From contig CP104013.1 of assembly GCA_025839675.1 (NCBI GenBank), positions 450,001-482,000 on the forward strand: 32,000 bases of DNA, written 5' to 3'. A program made the translations under genes and the position numbers. Source of the DNA: Candidatus Lokiarchaeum ossiferum. GTDB taxonomy: Archaea > Asgardarchaeota > Lokiarchaeia > Sigyniarchaeales > Promethearchaeaceae. This document shows, piece after piece, positions 15,311 through 24,342 of this stretch. Each line of letters starts with the position of its first letter. The stretch's first letter is position 1. The notes under the pieces are model-generated. The model was given only the letters and a program-made list of their open reading frames with translations, was not told the origin of the DNA and ran no database searches.

Positions 15311-16654
15311 TTATTCTGTTTCATCTTTTTTTTTTTTTCTTGAGAAGGGATTCTTGATTTTCTTTCCTATTACTTTGATTTTATCTCCTACGATTTTAAC
15401 TCCTTGAGTAAATGAATAGTGATTTGTGGCCAATTCTCTAAAATTCTCTGAAGTTACGTAAAAGATCATCATGATCAATAAAATAACTAGCGAGGCTAAA
15501 GCAAACAATCGATGACTGACCACAGGAAGCCCAAGATCCACTTCAAAGAAAGTTCCAAAGGGTAAAGAAGCATCTACAGTTACATTTAATAAAATCAATG
15601 AATAACCTAAAGCAAATCCTATAGCAATTATAATCAATGATAATTCACCCAACATTTTTTCGATGCGAGCCGAAAATAATAATTTTTTCTGGAAAAAGAC
15701 TTTTCGACCGGAATCAACTTTTTCTAAACGAGAATCATCAATACTTGCCACAGTATTCGTCTTACTTTGAATATAATAGAAAGCAGTAAAAATCAAGAGA
15801 AATAGTTCAGTAAAAGCATTTTCAATTCCTTGTGAAGGGGTGATTGCGGCAGAAAGTTGATAGGTTATGTATATATTAAATAACCCGAGAATAGCGATGA
15901 AGTTGCTTGTAGATGCATTTTTTTTTGCTGTAAAACCAAAAACTAAATATAAAATATTAACTCCAATTCCAATGGCTCCAATTATTATTGCATTTAAAGA
16001 CATGTTTAGTAAAATAAGGGCTATACATAATCCAATAGAGCCGATGGAAACTAATCGTAAAATTCCACCCATAAATAAGTGGTCATCTGATTTTCCTGCA
16101 GTGAGTAATTTTCCTTCGATTCCAGTGAAAAAATAAAAGATGATGAAAAACATGGAGATGGACGAAATAAACACCCAAATTAGTAAAAAGACCACTTCTA
16201 TTGCATCAAAGCCCACCCATACTTCTGGAATACCTATTACAAAGATTAAAATAAAAGCAACAATGATTCCAACAAACACGACGATTACTTGGAATAGATA
16301 TTGCTTCCAGATTGCAGCAATAATCCCAAAAACCACGAATACAATAGCAATAAATAACCCCAAATGATATAGTGTTGTAACTAGAGAAAGGCTCATCCAG
16401 TTAACTTCAAATGAATATAGTATAACAGCACCGATATTGATACCTAAAGTGAGAAACAAAATCATACTAAAGGGCAATAAGCGTTTGGTCAAAAGCGTTC
16501 TAAATCCACCAAAAATTTGGTCGACGAAAAATTTTCCCAAGGCGCGTTCCACATAACTTGATTTTGACATAACTTGAATTTGACATCTTGGTCTAATATA
16601 TTTTTTTATTTTTATCGATATCTTTTCTCTTCTCTTATAAGTCTTGTTTTTCAT
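15311..16654 (-). CDS. Polytopic integral membrane protein of unknown function (about 10-12 TM helices)
   Basis: 447 aa with many 20-aa hydrophobic segments separated by short loops, and K/R-rich termini. The opposite-strand ORFs 15867..16136 and 16140..16367 look like mirror artefacts. Confidence 0.7.
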   Translation of the reverse strand: MKNKTYKRREKISIKIKKYIRPRCQIQVMSKSSYVERALGKFFVDQIFGGFRTLLTKRLLPFSMILFLTLGINIGAVILYSFEVNWMSLSLVTTLYHLGLFIAIVFVVFGIIAAIWKQYLFQVIVVFVGIIVAFILIFVIGIPEVWVGFDAIEVVFLLIWVFISSISMFFIIFYFFTGIEGKLLTAGKSDDHLFMGGILRLVSIGSIGLCIALILLNMSLNAIIIGAIGIGVNILYLVFGFTAKKNASTSNFIAILGLFNIYITYQLSAAITPSQGIENAFTELFLLIFTAFYYIQSKTNTVASIDDSRLEKVDSGRKVFFQKKLLFSARIEKMLGELSLIIIAIGFALGYSLILLNVTVDASLPFGTFFEVDLGLPVVSHRLFALASLVILLIMMIFYVTSENFRELATNHYSFTQGVKIVGDKIKVIGKKIKNPFSRKKKKDETE

Positions 16655-16845
16655 CCTTTCATAATCTTTTTACTAACTTCTCCTTCAAATTTCAGTTTCA
16701 TTAAATATTCCTAATGAGAAAAAAATCTTTTAAGCACAGAGAATATTATTATTAATACGAGAATGCTATTTTGGTAAGATAAAAAAAATCAAGCAAGCAT
16801 AAGATTTTTATCCAAAATACTCAGAATATTAAACAGTGATAATTT

Positions 16846-17112
16846 ATGGCAAAAAAAGAGCTTTTTATTAAAAGAGTATATGAAATAGTTCAAGAATTGA
16901 AAATCCCCTTAGTGGACGAACGTGTTTATAATCGTGCAGATATTACAGATGCCAGATATGGATCCACGGTCATTTTTACCTTTGAAGAAGATGAAAGTGT
17001 GATTCGTGGATTTCTCGGTTTAGCCGAATATTACCATACAATTGTCTTGAAAAAGAAAGAAGTATTTTATATTTCGAGTGGTAGTATTCTTTTCAAATTG
17101 AATTCTAAATAA
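16846..17112 (+). CDS. Hypothetical small protein
   Basis: 88-aa ORF with balanced composition and a GTGAT ribosome-binding motif 8 nt upstream of the ATG. Confidence 0.45.
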   Translation: MAKKELFIKRVYEIVQELKIPLVDERVYNRADITDARYGSTVIFTFEEDESVIRGFLGLAEYYHTIVLKKKEVFYISSGSILFKLNSK

Positions 17113-17272
17113 TTTACTAGTTAGAATAGATTATATGATTTTTTTCTATCTATAACCTTCTTTTTTACATCCTTTCTCATAAAACCTTAGAATATTTCTA
17201 CAAAGATAAATAAAAGAAGTCTTTCAACTGAGGAATTAGTTAATTGAAATATTAAAATTGGTTTTCTGATAA

Positions 17273-18208
17273 ATGACATCGGATTTACTTAAAGAAGGGA
17301 GTTTTCTCAAATTAAAAGATCAATATTTAGTGGATAAATTTTTAATTGCAGGAGGATTTTCCGATGTTTACACGGGTATTCGAGTAAAAGATTCGAAAAA
17401 AGTAATTATTAAAGTATTACGAAATATCGATTTTGATGATCACATTCAGGCAGAGAATTATTGGAGACGGGAATGTGCGTTTATCGATATTGGTTCTTTT
17501 TTCTCTCCCTTGACTATGAAATTACTCGACAGCATGGCCGATAAACGAAATTTTGATCATTTTAAATTTATTCTGGTAACAAATTTTATAGAAGGGCCTG
17601 AATTTGGAATTTGGTATGAAAAATGGATAAAAAATGCACCATCAGGAATAGAACAGATAACATTTCTATTGAATTTTGTCTTTATTCCGTTATGTGAGCA
17701 CTTACAGTTTTGTTCCAATCATGGATTAATCCATCGTGATTTTTCCACCACCAATTTTATTATGAGCACCAATAAAGATAATGGGCTAGTCTATCCTGTG
17801 ATTATTGATTGGGGTGCTGGTCGAAATTTCGATCCCGCCACATTATACGATAATCCACCCTATATCGAAGAGATGGAAGGCATTGGTACTCAAATTTATA
17901 CTCCTGGTTTTTCATCTCCCGAGGTTATGGAAGGAAAACCTCCTGTTCCACAAACTGATATCTACAATTTTGGAAGCATCATGTACTTTGCTTTTTCGGG
18001 GGGAAAATATCGTAAAAATGATATTTTAACAACTGATTATATACTCAATCCTCGTGAAGAAGTTGAAGATTGTCCCAAATTAATCGCAAATATTGTTAAA
18101 CGTTGCACCCAATATCAACCACGAGATAGATATATCACATTTAATGAACTTTTGGAAGATTTAAACGAAGTATATGAACAACTATCGGAAGAAACTACGA
18201 GTTTTTAA
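17273..18208 (+). CDS. Eukaryote-like Ser/Thr protein kinase (ePK fold), soluble, single domain
   Basis: Degenerate glycine loop IAGGFSDVY. Beta3 lysine in VIIKVL. Catalytic loop IHRDFSTTNF (HRDxxxxN). DWG in place of DFG (IIDWGAGR). SPE in place of APE (TPGFSSPE). DIYNFGSIMY. Conserved Arg in QPRDRY. Confidence 0.85.
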   Translation: MTSDLLKEGSFLKLKDQYLVDKFLIAGGFSDVYTGIRVKDSKKVIIKVLRNIDFDDHIQAENYWRRECAFIDIGSFFSPLTMKLLDSMADKRNFDHFKFILVTNFIEGPEFGIWYEKWIKNAPSGIEQITFLLNFVFIPLCEHLQFCSNHGLIHRDFSTTNFIMSTNKDNGLVYPVIIDWGAGRNFDPATLYDNPPYIEEMEGIGTQIYTPGFSSPEVMEGKPPVPQTDIYNFGSIMYFAFSGGKYRKNDILTTDYILNPREEVEDCPKLIANIVKRCTQYQPRDRYITFNELLEDLNEVYEQLSEETTSF

Positions 18209-18259
18209 ATTCAATGAATTCAAAAATAATTTTAAGATAGATTTTAAAAAATTTTGGAC

Positions 18260-18682
18260 CTAAGGCCCAGGATAGAAAATATTCCAGAAGGTTAAGAGTG
18301 CTCCAGAAATAAAATAGCTGAATAAAAACGAAATAATTGCTAACACTACTATAAATATAATAAGTGCCCCAAAAGCACCCAAGAAGGTAGTATTGTGACG
18401 TGATTTTAAGATAAATAGACCAATAATCAAAGAAATTATTGAACCTAAAAAGCTCAAACTTGGTTGGAAAAATCCCGTGGCAAATGTAATTAGAATAAAT
18501 AATGTAATCATTAAAATACCGGTTATAAAAACTTCACCTAATCCAGTTTGCTCACCTTTTACTGCATTAATTCCAATTTTTAATGCTAAGGTCATTACCA
18601 CAACTACGATCAAGAGCATTATAAGTACCATTCCAATGCCTCCAAGATCAGTGATAATTTGTTGAAAATCGATTTGTGCCAT
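18260..18682 (-). CDS. Small integral membrane protein (4 predicted TM helices), unknown function
   Basis: 140 aa that are almost entirely hydrophobic helices. The antisense ORF 18477..18665 is a mirror artefact. Confidence 0.6.
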   Translation of the reverse strand: MAQIDFQQIITDLGGIGMVLIMLLIVVVVMTLALKIGINAVKGEQTGLGEVFITGILMITLFILITFATGFFQPSLSFLGSIISLIIGLFILKSRHNTTFLGAFGALIIFIVVLAIISFLFSYFISGALLTFWNIFYPGP

Positions 18683-18803
18683 GTATTTTTTAACATATCG
18701 TTAAATAAAAGGATTAAGGTTTCGATAATACATGAATTGCTTGAAAAGGTATTAGAAAAAGAGAATTTATAAAAAAAACGTTACACTAGTTCCAACGTTG
18801 TCA

Positions 18804-20309
18804 TTAATCTGCATATTTTTCTTGCATTTCTTGAATTTTTTCTTTGTCCAATTTTTTACTTTCACTTTCTTTTTTAACCCCAAACATTAAAATAATGGCA
18901 AAAATTTGCCAAATTAAGACGAAAAAGAAAAGCATTCGATATTGGTATCCTTCACCAAATATTGCAATATTTTCAGGATAAAGAGCGATGTATAAATCAA
19001 ATTCAAGACCCATAACAACAGGACTTAAAATGGCAGCGGTTTGGGTAAACAAATAATACGCTCCGGAATAGGTTCCAATTTGACCATCAGGAGCCATTTG
19101 CCAAACCATAACAATGGCGTTCACAGAAATCAGAGCATAAAATAACCCTAAACAAAAAATGACTATCATAGACACAATGAAAGCTGATTCTTCAAAACTT
19201 TGGGTATAGTGCAATATTTCAACACATACGGAGAGTCCAACTAAACCAATCATGAATGATCGTTTTCTCCCCAATCTATCTGAGATTTTTCCAGCAGGTA
19301 CAGCAAATACAAATAAGGAAACCGGAGCCATGATTAAAGCGGTACTTGCCATGGCGTCACTCCATCCAAGAAAAACTGTTGCATAACTGCTATAATATGT
19401 TTCAATAGCATTAAATCCAAAAGCACTGGCGAAGATAGCCATTAAAAGGAAAATAATACTTTTATCTTTACTCTTAAATAATAACTTCAAATAATCCATT
19501 TTTTTATGTTGAGTTACTTTTTTATCTTCAATTTCCCCAAGGAATTCCAAAGTTGTAGGATCAACAGACATATTATTATTTGAAACTTGTAAAAATTTTG
19601 TGCCCGTTGGAGTTTCTTTTATAGTTGTATAAAGAATAACCAAAGCGATTAACATAATAATAGAAATATAATAAAAACCACCAGTACGAGCCGCAGTTCT
19701 CCCTTCTGGAATAGATGTGTCATAGAAAAGTTCCATAATAATTGGTCCCAGCATCCCCAAAATAAAGGACAAACCCCCCATAATTTGAATTATAGCATTG
19801 CCGGTGCTTCGGACTTTCGGATCTGTAAGATCAGGCATTAAAGAAATCGAGCAACTACGATAAAAAGCCATAGATAAATTAAAAAATGTAATAACGGCGA
19901 ATAACAATCCAAGTACTTTAACTTGAGGAATAATTGAGAATGCAATTGCGCCAAAAGTACAACCGATCATAATATAAGGCATCCTTCTCCCGTGTTTCGA
20001 TTTTGTATGATCAGAAAGTACCCCAAAATAGGGCAACATTAGGATTGCAACAACATTATCCAAGATCATTATTAAGCCTACAAAAGTATCTGTCCCCAAC
20101 CAATAAAACTGAGCATCTTGTAAAAACTCCCGTAAGACTATTGGCATCATAAAATTGTAGTAAGCCCAAGCGGTCTGAGACGAGAGAAATGCTAACCCGA
20201 TCAAAAAGGTCCGCCCATAATTTACTTTTCCGGGCGTATTTGGTTTCATTCGAGGTGAAAACAATTCATTTTCTGGACGAGAAGGATTGTCCATTGGTTG
20301 AGTAGCCAT
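18804..20309 (-). CDS. MFS-type transporter (GPH/SLC45-like sugar or solute:cation symporter family)
   Basis: 501 aa with about 12 TM helices. MFS loop 2-3 motif SDHTKSKHGRRMPYIMIG. A central hydrophilic loop. A second-half motif KISDRLGRKRS. Confidence 0.85.
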   Translation of the reverse strand: MATQPMDNPSRPENELFSPRMKPNTPGKVNYGRTFLIGLAFLSSQTAWAYYNFMMPIVLREFLQDAQFYWLGTDTFVGLIMILDNVVAILMLPYFGVLSDHTKSKHGRRMPYIMIGCTFGAIAFSIIPQVKVLGLLFAVITFFNLSMAFYRSCSISLMPDLTDPKVRSTGNAIIQIMGGLSFILGMLGPIIMELFYDTSIPEGRTAARTGGFYYISIIMLIALVILYTTIKETPTGTKFLQVSNNNMSVDPTTLEFLGEIEDKKVTQHKKMDYLKLLFKSKDKSIIFLLMAIFASAFGFNAIETYYSSYATVFLGWSDAMASTALIMAPVSLFVFAVPAGKISDRLGRKRSFMIGLVGLSVCVEILHYTQSFEESAFIVSMIVIFCLGLFYALISVNAIVMVWQMAPDGQIGTYSGAYYLFTQTAAILSPVVMGLEFDLYIALYPENIAIFGEGYQYRMLFFFVLIWQIFAIILMFGVKKESESKKLDKEKIQEMQEKYAD

Positions 20310-20477
20310 AATATATCGTTGGATAAATTAACCTAAATTCTTTAAGGATTTTCAAGAAATTACTTTTTTTCTTAGATAATGTACTAAAAAGATGAATTTT
20401 TCCCAATTTTCTTTGGGAATGACCATTCATAAGTAATTTATAGGAAATCGTGTTTATGTATGTAGGGAATTGCATTC

Positions 20478-21227
20478 ATGCCAAATAACTTAGATAATCT
20501 TATAAAAAGAGCGGCAAAAGCATTAAAAAGGGCAAATTATGCAATAGCATTTACGGGTGCAGGTATTTCTGTTGAAAGTGGCATCCCTCCTTTTCGAGGT
20601 CCAACTGGACTCTGGTCGAAGTATTCTCCAACCATATTAGATCTATATCATTTTAGAGATTTTCCCGAAGAATCATGGCCAACTATCAAAGAGATATTTT
20701 ATGATTATTGGGAAACCGCAAAACCGAATCCTGCTCATTATGGATTAGCAGAATTGGAAACAAATGGAATAATCAAAGAAATTATTACCCAAAATATCGA
20801 TAATTTGCATCAAAAAGCAGGTAGTAAACGTGTACATGAATTTCATGGAACATTGAAAACTTTAACCTGCATGGACTGTTATCATAATTTCAAATATGAT
20901 CCCATTTTGCTAAAGAAATTGCCTGCCAGTTGTCCTGATTGTCATGGATTATTAAAACCCAATTTTGTTTTCTTCAGTGAAGCAATTCCAGAACAAGCAA
21001 AAATATCTTCGATTGAAGCTATAGTGAAAGCAGATTTGATTCTTGTTATAGGAACATTGGGAGAAGTTATGCCTGCTTGTCAATTACCTTATTTGGCAAA
21101 AAAAACGAACAATGCGACTATTATCGAAATTAACATAGAAGAATCAAATTTTACAAGAAAAATTACGGACATTTTTCTCAAAGGAAAAGCGGGGGAAATT
21201 CTACCAGAAATATTACACTATTTTTGA
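20478..21227 (+). CDS. cobB: NAD-dependent protein deacylase, Sir2 family
   Basis: FTGAGISVESGIPPFRG, TQNIDNLHQKAGS, catalytic-His context EFHG, and a zinc module CMDC...CPDC. Confidence 0.92.
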   Translation: MPNNLDNLIKRAAKALKRANYAIAFTGAGISVESGIPPFRGPTGLWSKYSPTILDLYHFRDFPEESWPTIKEIFYDYWETAKPNPAHYGLAELETNGIIKEIITQNIDNLHQKAGSKRVHEFHGTLKTLTCMDCYHNFKYDPILLKKLPASCPDCHGLLKPNFVFFSEAIPEQAKISSIEAIVKADLILVIGTLGEVMPACQLPYLAKKTNNATIIEINIEESNFTRKITDIFLKGKAGEILPEILHYF

Positions 21228-21305
21228 GGTATTTGGGATTAAACCAGTATTTCTATTACAAATGGTATCTGAAGGTTTTCAAAATCCTCATATAGTTATG
21301 ACAAT

Positions 21306-21335
21306 AAAGTCATTTCCAAAAAAGTCATTTCCAAA
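21306..21335. repeat. Perfect 2 x 15-bp tandem direct repeat (AAAGTCATTTCCAAA)
   Basis: Seen directly at 21306-21320 and 21321-21335. It lies in the intergenic region about 150 bp upstream of the histidine kinase ATG. Confidence 0.9.
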
Positions 21336-21486
21336 AAAGATATACAACATTATTAAGATTAAAAAAGAAAATTTCTATAATACTTAAAAGGAGGAATTTG
21401 TCAAACTGAAAACTCAATTTCTAAAAGCAGAACGAAAATCTATTGAAGAAATATTAGAAATTAATAAAAAAGTTATAAATATACCA

Positions 21487-22545
21487 ATGCTAGAAGAAAT
21501 ATTCAACAACTTACCTCACCTACTAATGGTTTTGAATTCAGAACGGCAATTAATATTTAGTAATCCAAGCTTGCTCGATTTTCTTAGTCTAAAAGATTAT
21601 CAAGAAATATTAGGGGATAGACCAGGAGAAATCTTTAAATGTGTACATGCTTGGGAAAATCCAGGAGGATGTGGAACTAGTTTAAACTGTCAATATTGTG
21701 GAGCGGCTCAAGCACTAAAGAGAGCTCAAGAAACAAAACTAATAGCCGAGCATGAATGTCGTTTATCACACAATGCAGATGGAAAAATAATTACAAACTA
21801 TTTCAAAGTAATAGTCTATCCCCATAATATGAAGAATTTGGATTTTTACTTATTTTATATTGAAGATTTATCTTCCTTAAAACACAAAGAACAGTTAGAA
21901 AAAGCATTTTATCACGATTTGAATAATCTTCTTACAATGCTTCAAGGGAATATCGAAATTTTTTCTACTAATGGTCTTACAGCGGAGCAAGAAGAAAATT
22001 TCAATGTAATAAATAACATTAGTAATCGATTGATTGAAGAAATACAGATTCAAAAAGATTTAAGTAATGTTTTAGTTAATCAATATTCTCGAGGATATGA
22101 GACATTTTTCTCCTTACCATTTCTTCTGGAGTGTGAAAACTTAGTTAAATTTTCATTTGCAAGAAAAAAAGTTATTCTTAAGCGGGACAAGTCTTCAAGT
22201 AACATTGAATTATCAACTGACAAAGTTCTACTACGTCGAACGATATTAAATTTGCTTAAAAATGCCTATGAAGAGTGTAAGATGAAGGATATTATTCAAA
22301 TAAGATGTTTCAACCAAGATAATGATGTAATATTTTGGGTTCAATCCCCAACTTTAATTTCCCAATCGATTAAAAATAATTTATTCGAATATGGAGTCTC
22401 TACAAAAGGGAAAGGAAGAGGAATTGGATTGTATAGCTCAAAACTTTTTGTAGAACAAATTTTAAGGGGTAATCTTAGCTATGATTCCAATACTGAAGAA
22501 GGGACAGTTTTTCGCATTCATATTCCTTCCTACTTAGAAAAATAA
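21487..22545 (+). CDS. Soluble sensor histidine kinase with a Cys-rich PAS-like sensor domain and an HPK10/HATPase_c_5-type catalytic domain
   Basis: Sensor region with CVHAWENPGGCGTSLNCQYCG (C-x9-C-x5-C-x2-C). H-box FYHDLNNLLTMLQG. N-box LLKNAYEE. G-box FEYGVSTKGKGRGIGLYS. No TM segments. No response regulator gene adjacent. Confidence 0.85.
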   Translation: MLEEIFNNLPHLLMVLNSERQLIFSNPSLLDFLSLKDYQEILGDRPGEIFKCVHAWENPGGCGTSLNCQYCGAAQALKRAQETKLIAEHECRLSHNADGKIITNYFKVIVYPHNMKNLDFYLFYIEDLSSLKHKEQLEKAFYHDLNNLLTMLQGNIEIFSTNGLTAEQEENFNVINNISNRLIEEIQIQKDLSNVLVNQYSRGYETFFSLPFLLECENLVKFSFARKKVILKRDKSSSNIELSTDKVLLRRTILNLLKNAYEECKMKDIIQIRCFNQDNDVIFWVQSPTLISQSIKNNLFEYGVSTKGKGRGIGLYSSKLFVEQILRGNLSYDSNTEEGTVFRIHIPSYLEK

Positions 22546-22560
22546 TGTAAGTAGATATAG

Positions 22561-22590
22561 AGTTTTCACTCCCTAAAACTGTTTTTTTTT
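22561..22590 (+). terminator. Hairpin plus T9 tract downstream of the histidine kinase gene
   Basis: AGTTTT (22561-22566) pairs with AAAACT (22575-22580) across an 8-nt loop, followed by G and T9 (22582-22590). It starts 16 nt after the stop codon. Confidence 0.5.
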
Positions 22591-22720
22591 AAATCTACAT
22601 TAATGAGAGTACTACAAATTACACTATTCCTTTTAGGAATATTCATCTAATGCATCATTAATAACTTCTTTTGCATTACCAAACTAGAACAACAGAGTTA
22701 ATATTGGTTGGTGAAAAAGT

Positions 22721-24100
22721 ATGACTTTAAGTACAGATTACGAAAGTAAATGGAAAAATCCAGAAGGATCTCCTGTCGCCAATAACAAAGCGAAAAAATG
22801 GAGGATCTTTTTAGGGCTCTCTTCATTCCAAATTTTAGCCATGTTTCGTCGTGGTCTTTTCTATACATATTTATCTATTTATATGCGCAGTTATTTGCAG
22901 TTAAGCGTCACAATCACTACACTATTTGCAACAATTCCTATGCTCTGTAGTGGTTTTTTACAGGTTTTTATCTGGGGAAGATTATCTGACAAACTACAAA
23001 AGCGCAGAACCTTAATTATCGTGGGTGAAATTATTGCAGCAATTCTAATTTTAGCAACCTATTTAATACATGCTCAGATCTCTGATTTTCTAATCGCAGG
23101 ATTTGTAATCATTATTGGGTTATCTGTCACAGAAATATTTTGGTCAATGTCAAATATCAGTTGGAGTGCATTGATATCTGATCTTTATCCTTCTAAAGAT
23201 AGATCCAAAATCATGGGCCAATTAACAAGTCTAGGTGGAGCCGGAAGAATAGTTGGTGCATTACTAGGAGGGCTTTTATATGATGGATTTGGAAGTAAAT
23301 ATCCTGGATGGGGATTTAGAGAAGGAAGTTTATTTATTATTACAGTAATTATCATGGGATTATCAACAATCCCTATGTTGCTTGTTCCAGAAGGGGGGAT
23401 TGGTAATCTTCCTGTAACTCAAAAATTTGAACGAGAATTAATAAAATCAAAAAAAAACACTCCATCTAATAAACCAAAAATCCCATTTTTAGGTTTTTTT
23501 ATTTTGTTTATTATCGCCCTATATGTATCTAACTTCGGAAGGAATAGCACTGAGGTTATTTATTCTCAATTTTTGGTTTTGAAAGATGGATTTGCCCTTT
23601 CAAGTCAATTATTAAGCTATGTAGTAAACATTCGATCTGTTGCGGTAATCATTGTAGGAATTACCATAGGTTTCTTAAGTAATAAATTAGGACATGGGAA
23701 TACATTTTTGATCGGAATAATCATTGGCATCGGTGCTTTACTTCTAACTGCGTTTACAAATAGTCTTGTCTTTGTCTTCATCGGTAGTTTCTTCTTGGGC
23801 GCCTCAGAAGTAATTATAGGCGCCAGTTCTTATGCGTATGCCGCTCAATTAATTCCAGAAGAACATCGAGCGAAAATGTTTAGCGTGTATAATGCTGCTT
23901 TCTTCCTTTCTTGGGGGATTCCAAGTACATTAGTAACTGCGCCAATTATTGACAAAATGATTAACTCAGGAAACGCAGAAGTGTTTGCCTATCAAACTTC
24001 ATTCTTGGTTGGATCAATTATTGCTTTGGTGGGCTTTTCATTCCTATTAGGCCTGGAGATTTATCGAAAAAAACACCGAATTGCTGTAAACGAAAATTAG
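22721..24100 (+). CDS. MFS transporter (unknown substrate)
   Basis: 459 aa with about 12 TM helices. Motif-A-like GRLSDKLQKRRTLI after TM2. A central loop holds a basic stretch. GGTGA ribosome-binding motif upstream of the ATG. Confidence 0.85.
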   Translation: MTLSTDYESKWKNPEGSPVANNKAKKWRIFLGLSSFQILAMFRRGLFYTYLSIYMRSYLQLSVTITTLFATIPMLCSGFLQVFIWGRLSDKLQKRRTLIIVGEIIAAILILATYLIHAQISDFLIAGFVIIIGLSVTEIFWSMSNISWSALISDLYPSKDRSKIMGQLTSLGGAGRIVGALLGGLLYDGFGSKYPGWGFREGSLFIITVIIMGLSTIPMLLVPEGGIGNLPVTQKFERELIKSKKNTPSNKPKIPFLGFFILFIIALYVSNFGRNSTEVIYSQFLVLKDGFALSSQLLSYVVNIRSVAVIIVGITIGFLSNKLGHGNTFLIGIIIGIGALLLTAFTNSLVFVFIGSFFLGASEVIIGASSYAYAAQLIPEEHRAKMFSVYNAAFFLSWGIPSTLVTAPIIDKMINSGNAEVFAYQTSFLVGSIIALVGFSFLLGLEIYRKKHRIAVNEN

Positions 24101-24305
24101 GATCACATTAATCCATTTTTTCTTTACTTTTTCTTTACTTTTGTTTCTTTTGAATCATACAATAGTTATTTAGGGATGTTTATCATTGTGGTGATAATAA
24201 TATTTCACACTTTCTTAGAGCGTAAAATTATAGTTAGTGTTTAGCTAAGAAATTTCGGAAAATATATCCACAAAATTTAAATCTACCTATTGTCATTTAA
24301 AAATT

Positions 24306-24323
24306 ATATGTAGTTCTACATAT
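24306..24323. promoter_or_regulatory. 18-bp palindrome ATATGTAG-TT-CTACATAT just upstream of the ABC operon; candidate operator
   Basis: Perfect 8-bp arms with a 2-bp spacer. It ends 9 nt before the AAGGAGGG ribosome-binding site and 20 nt before the TTG start at 24343. Confidence 0.4.
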
Positions 24324-24331
24324 CCATATAA

Positions 24332-24339
24332 AAGGAGGG
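24332..24339 (+). promoter_or_regulatory. Shine-Dalgarno-type ribosome-binding site AAGGAGGG
   Basis: Strong complementarity to the conserved 16S rRNA 3' end. It lies 3 nt (TTG at 24343) or 6 nt (TTG at 24346) upstream of the candidate start codons. Confidence 0.7.
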
Positions 24340-24342
24340 AAC

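Noticed and set aside
15867-16367. Plus-strand ORFs 15867..16136 and 16140..16367 (also 18477..18665, 12269..12496, 11886..12176, 6896..7114, 7275..7472, 8842..9060, 9105..9329, 17805..18029, 20266..20475 and 26460..26642).
   Set aside because: Each overlaps a longer, better-supported gene on the other strand or in another frame. None has a recognisable motif or ribosome-binding site.
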